64,000 nt of DNA. It comes from Auanema rhodensis (lineage: Eukaryota > Animalia > Nematoda). A program made the position numbers and the translations under genes. Positions 13,543 through 21,200 of the stretch are shown piece after piece; position 1 is the stretch's first letter; each line of letters begins with the position of its first letter. The notes below the pieces were generated by a model that did no database searches, was not told the origin of the DNA, and was given only the letters and a program-made list of their open reading frames with translations. The DNA is taken from the NCBI GenBank assembly GCA_964057225.1, contig OZ059895.1, positions 23,746,001 to 23,810,000 on the forward strand, given 5' to 3'.

Positions 13543-13960
13543 CATGTGAAATGCTTAATGTAACCTTACAGTGGATAATTAAAAAAAAGAAAAGACTGAG
13601 AAATGAAAAGGGCAGTGGAAGTGACCATACCAGCTATAAACACACATATATGTATATATATATATTCATCTATATACGCTTCTCTTAGATCTTATCATAG
13701 CGAACTACTCTGATTGTGGGCAGGTGCGGTGGAACTCAAAAGAGAGTCAAGCCCGTTCTGAGCACAGTGTAGTAACTGCATTTCATTCGTACGACTAATG
13801 TCTGTAAAATAAAAATGCAGGAAAATGTATGTGAACCAATAGGTCATTAACAAGAAATTGACAAAATATGATGAACAAATTATATAAATAATCAATGAGC
13901 TTATGGAGAAAAAGAAAGAAAAACAAGCTAATTTTTCTACAAAGACAAAATAAGAAAAAA

Positions 13961-16882
13961 CTAAACAGGGAACATAAATGTGTTCAAGGCTTTCCGAAAA
14001 ACAGACAAATCATTGATACCAATTAGAATAGGATTGAGTGAATTCCAGATTTTGATTTGCCGGTTCTCAAAGCTTGAAAGGGCAGCTACAGTTTTGTAAT
14101 CCGGCGGCATCAGTATAAACTCATGTTGACGAAGAATATAGTTATGCTCTTTCGATCTAAGCACGGACTCATTAAGAATAGAGCCATTCTTTATGATTTT
14201 GAAATATTGACATAAGTCAGCTATAGTGCGTCTCGTTTCTAAACGCCTGCCTTGAAGGTGTTTGAGTTTATTATCATATCCGTGGATATCCATGGACGAT
14301 CGAAAAAAAATAGCATTAACATACCGTTTCTGAACATTTTCAACAAGTTGAATATCTTTTAGCAAAAACGGTGACCAGACTTCGGAAGCATATTCAAGAA
14401 TAGGCCTAACGTAACAGGTGAACAATCTGAATAAGAGTTTGGGACAGGAAGAATTAAAACATCTAAGAATAAGCTTACAGCGTTTTGACGCCATGGAAGT
14501 GATGGAGTGAATATGGGGGCGGAAAGATAAGTTTTTATCTATGATAACACCGAGGTCTTTGAAATTATCAACAATTTCAAGAGGAACATCATTGAGTAAA
14601 AACTGGCAATGAGAGTTATCATTACCGAGAATCATAATCTTCGATTTCTTGACATTAACTACCATGTCATTGAAATTGCACCAGAGAGAAAGAATGTGGA
14701 GAGAGCATTGTAAACTTTGATTTGATGAGGCAAAAAGTTTAATGTCATCAGCATAGGCAACAGCCTCAGTGCCACGATGAAAAGAGGAAATGAGATCGTT
14801 GATATATAGCAAAAAAAGTAGTGGTCCAAGAACTGTACCTTGAGGGACACCACACTCAATAACTTTGGGTTCAGACAAGGCATCTTCAAGAACAACTTCA
14901 AAAGAACGGTTGGAAAGAAAGTCTTCAAGAAAAAGAGCAAGAGATCCTGATATTCCAAAACTGTTTAATTTGCTGATCAGAATTCGATGATTAATTTTAT
15001 CAAAAGCTTTGGAAAAATCAATAAAAGCTACAGAAACATCCTTACGATATTCTTTGGCGATTCTCCACTGCGAGTGAGCTTTGAGAAGCGCAGTGCTAGT
15101 GCTACGCCCAGGTAAAAATCCATGTTGAGATGGTGAAATTAGCTTATTATCAAGTAAATGCTTGAGAATGTCTTTTCTGATAATGCGCTCAAACACTTTG
15201 GAGAGACAAGATGTGAGAGAAATGGGTCTATAGTTCTTAGGGTCATTTGAACATCCTGATTTGTAAATAGGTTTGACCCATGCAGACTTCCAGCTTTTAG
15301 GACAGACCCCAAAGGATAAAAAACCATTAAAAAAGAATGTCAAAGGACGTACTATAGAAATCGCACACTTATTAAGAAAAATATAAGGTATGCCATCAGG
15401 AGATAAGCAAGTTCGAGAAGGTAAAGATCTTAAAAGTTTGAAAACGCAGAGTTCATCAATGAAATGCGGGCGAAATTGGAGCGGAGAAAATTTAGGAGTT
15501 TCACTGTGATGCCATATTCCAGAAGAAGAAAGAAAAGAGGTCTGAGAAAAGTGATCCGAAAAAATTTTTGCTTTGGTGGAGGAGTCCGAAGCTTGAGAGT
15601 CACCATTTTTTAAAAAAGATGCTTCAATAGTACCCCCTAAACGTTTACGACAAAATTTGTAAAATTCTTTTTGGTTACCGGAAAGAGATATTTTATTTTC
15701 ATCCAGTGCGCGCTGACGTCTGAGTAAAGCATTCAAACGACGAGAAAGAGTACGACATTTAGACGACGATGAAAGGCCGAAACATTTAGACAACCTGGTG
15801 AGATTATCATGTAGAATAGATATTGAACGAGCAAGGCGAACTTTTTTTCCACCAGGTCTGATGATGGGAACATGAGTATAAATGATTTCTCTAAGAGAAC
15901 AGACAAATGATTCATAGGCGGCACAAAGATCTAAGTGAGAAAAGCTTTGAACCAGATTAATGGATGAAATAAAAGAATTAATTTTATTGTAGTTGGCTTT
16001 ATGGAAGTTTCTATGGAGAAGCGACTTTGGATGATCAGCAGAAAAAACAGTACAAGAAGATGCCAAAGAAAGTTTTGGGCGGGAGGGACTGTTTATGCAA
16101 TCTAATATATCACGAGAGAGAGAAAAAAGTAAAGATTTGTGGTCAGAAGTCCCAAAAGGAGGAACGCATTCGATAACTGAGGCCATACTAGGGGTATCCG
16201 CAAGCACACAATCTAAAGTATACTTACCGCGTGTCGGAAAAGTAACTAGTTGAGTAAAACAAAAAGAAGTAATAAACTCTAAGAAACATTTGGCTTGAAG
16301 AGACGATTTAGTTAAAGAGTAATTCTTCCAGTTGATACCGGGAAAATTAAAATCCCCAACAAGCACGTTTTTTTCTCTGGTGTTAAGAATAGATGAATAA
16401 TGATGAAGAAAGGAATTGAAAGAACTATTAGAACAACGAGGAGCCCGATAACATATAGAAAGACTTATGGAATGGGAAACGATAGAAAATGTAACCAACT
16501 GGAGGAAGTCACCAAAAGAGACTGAACTAAAATTACAGACTGAGATATGTTTTTTAACCATGACTAGAACACCTCCACCTCTCCTATTGTTATTGCGATC
16601 ACAGCGCATCAAACAATACGAAGCAGAAAGAGGTAAATTAGAACTACAAACGTCAGGAGTAAGCCAACTTTCAGTGAAACATAAAACATCAGGGTCATAT
16701 TTTTGTGAAATTAAATCAAAATGAGAAAACTTGTTGAGAATAGAGCGAGAATTACAAAGATATATAGTGATGGAAGAAGAGCTAGTAATTGAACTATGAC
16801 TTGCGAAATGAAGAAAGACAATTGGGTGAGACAGAAGAACCAGAAGAAGTATCGCCCTGTACGCTAGGAGGTGCAGGTTGTA
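13961..16882 (-). CDS. LINE ORF2: apurinic-like endonuclease + reverse transcriptase (stop-to-stop open frame of 973 codons; true start unresolved, homology begins ~16770)
   Basis: Manual translation upstream of the track start (TTG at 16612) stays open to TAA at 16883-16885. It adds ITIYLCNSRSILNKFSHFDLISQKYDPDVLCFTESWLTPD (EN motifs I-II). Other EN motifs: GGGV, CYRAP, VGDFNFP, TLDCVL, SDH. RT motifs: SPDGIP, NYRPISLTS, QHGF, DFSKAFD, GVPQGTVLGPLLFLLYINDL, YADD, KDLGV. No internal stops. Confidence 0.93.
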   Translation of the reverse strand, partial: YNLHLLAYRAILLLVLLSHPIVFLHFASHSSITSSSSITIYLCNSRSILNKFSHFDLISQKYDPDVLCFTESWLTPDVCSSNLPLSASYCLMRCDRNNNRRGGGVLVMVKKHISVCNFSSVSFGDFLQLVTFSIVSHSISLSICYRAPRCSNSSFNSFLHHYSSILNTREKNVLVGDFNFPGINWKNYSLTKSSLQAKCFLEFITSFCFTQLVTFPTRGKYTLDCVLADTPSMASVIECVPPFGTSDHKSLLFSLSRDILDCINSPSRPKLSLASSCTVFSADHPKSLLHRNFHKANYNKINSFISSINLVQSFSHLDLCAAYESFVCSLREIIYTHVPIIRPGGKKVRLARSISILHDNLTRLSKCFGLSSSSKCRTLSRRLNALLRRQRALDENKISLSGNQKEFYKFCRKRLGGTIEASFLKNGDSQASDSSTKAKIFSDHFSQTSFLSSSGIWHHSETPKFSPLQFRPHFIDELCVFKLLRSLPSRTCLSPDGIPYIFLNKCAISIVRPLTFFFNGFLSFGVCPKSWKSAWVKPIYKSGCSNDPKNYRPISLTSCLSKVFERIIRKDILKHLLDNKLISPSQHGFLPGRSTSTALLKAHSQWRIAKEYRKDVSVAFIDFSKAFDKINHRILISKLNSFGISGSLALFLEDFLSNRSFEVVLEDALSEPKVIECGVPQGTVLGPLLFLLYINDLISSFHRGTEAVAYADDIKLFASSNQSLQCSLHILSLWCNFNDMVVNVKKSKIMILGNDNSHCQFLLNDVPLEIVDNFKDLGVIIDKNLSFRPHIHSITSMASKRCKLILRCFNSSCPKLLFRLFTCYVRPILEYASEVWSPFLLKDIQLVENVQKRYVNAIFFRSSMDIHGYDNKLKHLQGRRLETRRTIADLCQYFKIIKNGSILNESVLRSKEHNYILRQHEFILMPPDYKTVAALSSFENRQIKIWNSLNPILIGINDLSVFRKALNTFMFPV

Positions 16883-17858
16883 TTATTACAGCATTTTTTA
16901 CTCGAGAGGAAGGTGTAGGGCGAAGTGAGTAACGAATAGGGCGAACTTTTCTTCTCGAAGGAGATGGAATAGAGCTGCTGGATCTGACTGTTCTAAGAGA
17001 CTTGCGACTAGATTTTGAAGCCGGTGCAGCATTGGAGTTTTTGGATATGCTAGGTAAGAGTTCCGAAACAGTTGTAACAGCTGTGTAGTCAGCAGAAGTA
17101 GTGCCAGTAGGGTTGATGGGAATAGGGGATGAAGAAATGCATGCCGGAGAAACAGAAACGATAGAACTAGGAAGCACTCGTTTTTTAACAGCAACAACAC
17201 GTAAATCACGAACAATATAAAAATGAACGGGATCAGAGACATTACGGTTTCTGCATTCCTCTCGCAATTTGCGCTCGAGATCGATCTCGAACGGAAAATA
17301 GTCACGCCTCACAAAAGTACTCTTGAGAGCAGCATTGTGCTGAGTTTTATAGTTACGAAGAATGTGAATACACAAATCACGAGTTTCCTGATTGGGACAT
17401 GTTATTGCAATAGGACCAGGTCGATCGGATTTGGAACTGAAGCGTGAGACGGTGAAAACTGGAGAGCTAAACGAGGGACAAATAATAGGGTCCCTAGAAA
17501 GATTGATTATGTCTCTAACTAAGGTGAAAGGATCAGAATTGAGATCAGACAAATTAATAGGGACATTGAACCACAGAAGACGGTTGGCACGATCAGAAAA
17601 TTTAATTTTCTGATGATCAGTGTCTACAATACTAGCCATAACTTGTTGGGAAGTAAGTGGGCTAGAAGCCGTCTTGCTAAGTTTGGATATTTGAGCCTCC
17701 AGTTCCGAAATGCGCGCCGAATTGGACAAAACAGTAGCATGAAGAGTAGAAACAAGGCTTTTGAGTTCAGAAGTGCAATCAGCTAGAGAGGTTTTTATGG
17801 ACGTGGCAAGCGATTCGAAATCTTTGTAACTGACGGTGCAATCAGGAGTGAGAGACAT
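16794..17858 (-). CDS. LINE ORF1 protein (354 aa): coiled coil + RRM-like/CTD nucleic-acid-binding region + Ser/Pro/Arg-rich tail
   Basis: First in-frame ATG is at 17858 (MSLTPD); the track's TTG start at 17924 only adds U-rich UTR. Heptads LKSLVSTLHATVLSNSARISELEAQISKL. The motifs RANRLLWFNVP, SRF..DRPGPIAI and FVRRDY..EIDLERKLR...YIVRDLRVV resemble invertebrate CR1/L2 ORF1 proteins. It lies directly upstream of ORF2. Confidence 0.85.
   Translation of the reverse strand: MSLTPDCTVSYKDFESLATSIKTSLADCTSELKSLVSTLHATVLSNSARISELEAQISKLSKTASSPLTSQQVMASIVDTDHQKIKFSDRANRLLWFNVPINLSDLNSDPFTLVRDIINLSRDPIICPSFSSPVFTVSRFSSKSDRPGPIAITCPNQETRDLCIHILRNYKTQHNAALKSTFVRRDYFPFEIDLERKLREECRNRNVSDPVHFYIVRDLRVVAVKKRVLPSSIVSVSPACISSSPIPINPTGTTSADYTAVTTVSELLPSISKNSNAAPASKSSRKSLRTVRSSSSIPSPSRRKVRPIRYSLRPTPSSRVKNAVIIQPAPPSVQGDTSSGSSVSPNCLSSFRKS
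16803..16811 (-). promoter_or_regulatory. Candidate +1 ribosomal frameshift site UCA_UUU_CGC joining ORF1 to ORF2
   Basis: ORF1 ends TCA TTT CGC AAG TCA TAG. A slip from UUU to UUC continues GCA AGT CAT AGT... in the ORF2 frame. Confidence 0.5.
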
Positions 17859-18020
17859 AAAAATTGGAAAAGAAGAACAGAAAAGAAGCAGATGAGGAAA
17901 GAAAAGAAAAGGAAAAAAAAACAAGAAGAAAAGGAAAAGAAGGTGAAAAGAAAAGAGATAATAAGCAATAAAAATATAGAAGGAAAGAGAAATTAAAAAT
18001 AAATAAATAATAAAATAAGA
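17859..18020 (-). other. Pyrimidine (U)-rich 5' UTR tract of the LINE
   Basis: The plus strand is strongly A/G-rich (AAGAAAAGAAAAGGAAAAAAAAACAAG...) immediately upstream of the ORF1 ATG. Confidence 0.7.
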
Positions 18021-18094
18021 GAGCGTACCTCAAGGAATAAGTCCACAGCTACCACAGAAAACAACAAATCCAAGGAGAGCCACCGGAGAACGTC

Positions 18095-18201
18095 GAGTCA
18101 CAAGATCAAAATGAGTCACAAGATCAAAATGAGTCACAAGATCAAAATGAGTCACAAGATCAAAATGAGTCACAAGATCAAAATGAGTCACAAGATCAAA
18201 A
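18095..18201 (-). repeat. 5'-terminal tandem array of a perfect 18-bp unit (plus strand GAGTCACAAGATCAAAAT x ~5.9); candidate promoter monomers
   Basis: Units start at 18095, 18113, 18131, 18149, 18167 and 18185. The unit junctions create five TGAGTCA/TGACTCA heptamers. Confidence 0.95.
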
Positions 18202-18204
18202 CGT
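18201..18204. repeat. Target-site duplication, right copy (ACGT)
   Basis: Matches the left copy. A18201 could also be the last base of the 18-bp repeat (1-bp microhomology). Confidence 0.88.
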
Positions 18205-21200
18205 GATGTGCACTTGGTATGTAACTCGCTTCACGTGAAAGATAAAGAGATGCGGTTTTCAAAATTAGATTCCCCATGTCCATATTAGTCTAAAAACAAA
18301 TTTTTATTGATATTGCTTCATGGTAACCATGACTTTGAAATTTACGTGAACTTTAATTTATGCTAATTAAATGTACACGTGATGTGCACTTGGTATGTAA
18401 CTCGCTTCACGTGAAAGATAAAGAGATGCGGTTCTCAAAATTAGATTCCCCATGTCCATATTAGTCTAAAAACAAATTTTTATTGATATTGGTGCATGGT
18501 AACCATGACTTTGAAATTTACGTGAACTTTAATTTATGCTAATTAAATGTACACGTGATGTGCACTTGGTATGTAACTCGCTTCACGTGAAAGATAAAGA
18601 GATGCGGTTTTTAAAATTAGATTCCCCATGTCCATATTAGTCTAAAAACAAATTTTTATTGATATTGCTTCATGGTAACCATGACTTTGAAATTTACGTG
18701 AACTTTAATTTATGCTAATTAATTGTACACGTGATGTGCACTTGGTATGTAACTCGCTTCACGTGAAAGATAAAGAGATGCGGTTTTCAAAATTAGATTC
18801 CCCATGTCCATATTAGTCTAAAAACAAATTTTTATTGATATTGGTGCATGGTAACCATGACTTTGAAATTTACGTGAACTTTAATTTATGCTAATTAAAT
18901 GTACACGTGATGTGCACTTGGTATGTAACTCGCTTCACGTGAAAGAAAAAGAGATGCGGTTTTTAAAATTAGATTCCCCATGTCCATATTAGTCTAAAAA
19001 CAAATTTTTATTGATATTGGTGCATGGTAACCAAGACTTTGAAATTTACGTGAACTTTAATTTATGCTAATTAAATGTACACGTGATGTGCACTTGGTAT
19101 GTAACTCGCTTCACGTGAAAGATAAAGAAATGCGGTTTTCAAAATTAGATTCCCCATGTCCATATTAGTCTAAAAACAAATTTTTATTGATATTGGTTCA
19201 TGGTAACCATGACTTTGAAATTTACGTGAACTTTAATTTATGCTAATTAAATGTACACGTGATGTGCACTTGGTATGTAACTCGCTTCACGTGAAAGATA
19301 AAGAGATGCGGTTTTCAAAATTAGATTCCCCATGTCCATATTAGTCTAAAAACAAATTTTTATTGATATTGGTGCATGGTAACCATGACTTTGAAATTTA
19401 CGTGAACTTTAATTTATGCTAATTCAATGTACACGTGATGTGCACTTGGTATGTAACTCGCTTCACGTGAAAGATAAAGAGATGCGGTTTTCAAAATTAG
19501 ATTCTCCATGTCCATATTAGTCTAAAAACAAATTTTTATTGATATTGGTGCATGGTAACCATGACTTTGAAATTTACGTGAACTTTAATTTATGCTAATT
19601 AAATGTACACGTGATGTGCACTTGGTATGTAACTCGCTTCACGTGAAAGATAAAGAGATGCGGTTTTCAAAATTAGATTCTCCATGTCCATATTAGTCTA
19701 AAAACAAATTTTTATTGATATTGGTTCATGGTAACCATGACTTTGAAATTTACGTGAACTTTAATTTATGCTAATTAAATGTACACGTGATGTGCACTTG
19801 GTATGTAACTCGCTTCACGTGAAATATAAAGAAATGCGGTTTTCAAAATTAGATTCCCCATGTCCATATTAGTCTAAAAACAAAATTTTATTGATATTGG
19901 TTCATGGTAACCATGACTTTGAAATTTACGTGAACTTTAATTTATGCTAATTAAATGTACACGTGATGTGCACTTGGTATGTAACTCGCTTCACGTGAAA
20001 GATAAAGAGATGCGGTTTTCAAAATTAGATTCCCCATGTCCATATTAGTCTAAAAACAAATTTTTATTGATATTGGTTCATGGTAACCATGACTTTGAAA
20101 TTTACGTGAACTTTAATTTATGCTAATTAAATGTACACGTGATGTGCACTTGGTATGTAACTCGCTTCACGTGAAAGATAAAGAGATGCGGTTTTCAAAA
20201 TTAGATTCCCCATGTCCATATTAGTCTAAAAACAAATTTTTATTGATATTGGTTCATGGTAACCATGACTTTGAAATTTACGTGAACTTTAATTTATGCT
20301 AATTAAATGTACACGTGATGTGCACTTGGTATGTAACTCGCTTCACGTGAAAGATAAAGAGATGCGGTTTTCAAAATTAGATTCCCCATGTCCATATTAG
20401 TCTAAAAACAAATTTTTATTGATATTGGTTCATGGTAACCATGACTTTGAAATTTACGTGAACTTTAATTTATGCTAATTAAATGTACACGTGATGTGCA
20501 CTTGGTATGTAACTCGCTTCACGTGAAAGATAAAGAGATGCGGTTTTCAAAATTAGATTCCCCATGTCCATATTAGTCTAAAAACAAATTTTTATTGATA
20601 TTGCTTCATGGTAACCATGACTTTGAAATTTACGTGAACTTTAATTTATGCTAATTAAATGTACACGTGATGTGCACTTGGTATGTAACTCGCTTCACGT
20701 AAAAGATAAAGAGATGCGGTTTTCAAAATTAGATTCCCCATGTCCATATTAGTCTAAAAACAAATTTTTATTGATATTGCTTCATGGTAACCATGACTTT
20801 GAAATTTACGTGAACTTTAATTTATGCTAATTAAATGTACACGTGATGTGCACTTGGTATGTAACTCGCTTCACGTGAAAGATAAAGAGATGCGGTTCTC
20901 AAAATTAGATTCCCCATGTCCATATTAGTCTAAAAACAAATTTTTATTGATATTGGTGCATGGTAACCATGACTTTGAAATTTACGTGAACTTTAATTTA
21001 TGCTAATTAAATGTACACGTGATGTGCACTTGGTATGTAACTCGCTTCACGTGAAAGATAAAGAGATGCGGTTTTCAAAATTAGATTCTCCATGTCCATA
21101 TTAGTCTAAAAACAAATTTTTATTGATTTTGGTTCATGGTAACCATGACTTTGAAATTTACGTGAACTTTAATTTATGCTAATTAAATGTACACGTGATG

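Larger units (their letters stand above)
13481..18200 (-). mobile_element. Full-length non-LTR retrotransposon (LINE), CR1 clade/CR1-like, 4.72 kb
   Basis: Two-ORF layout with an APE endonuclease + RT ORF2. It has CR1-type C-terminal motifs (YVRPILEYASEVWSP, ENVQKR, LETRR..DL) and no C-terminal CCHC. It ends in a short-repeat 3' tail and is flanked by duplicated ACGT. Boundaries are ambiguous by 1-2 bp because of microhomology. Confidence 0.95.

Noticed and set aside
13641-13665. Short CA/TA microsatellite in the LINE 3' UTR
   Set aside because: It is short and imperfect, with no evidence of function or of a separate insertion.
16610-16612. Track start of ORF2 (883 aa from TTG/ATG)
   Set aside because: It omits conserved endonuclease motifs I and II, which lie in frame upstream.
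16898-17305. 135-aa ORF in the same frame as ORF2, as an ORF2 N-terminal extension
   Set aside because: It is separated from ORF2 by two TAA stops (16898-16900 and 16883-16885), starts at GTG and has no recognisable motifs; it is a shadow of ORF1.
13485-17613. Other short ORFs (13485-13688, 13695-13895, 14659-14958, 15139-15327, 15733-15924, 16467-16724, 17223-17447, 17392-17613)
   Set aside because: They are short alternative-frame, antisense or UTR ORFs with no motifs, as expected by chance.
17859-18033. ORF1 extension from TTG 17924 and the 63-aa Phe/Leu-rich ORF 17842-18033 as signal or membrane peptides
   Set aside because: These are translations of a U-rich UTR tract with non-ATG starts, so the hydrophobicity is compositional.
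13481-18200. LTR retrotransposon, group II intron, retron or DGR interpretation of the RT
   Set aside because: No LTRs, integrase, protease or RNase H are present. The N-terminal APE endonuclease, 3' repeat tail and TSD identify a non-LTR element.
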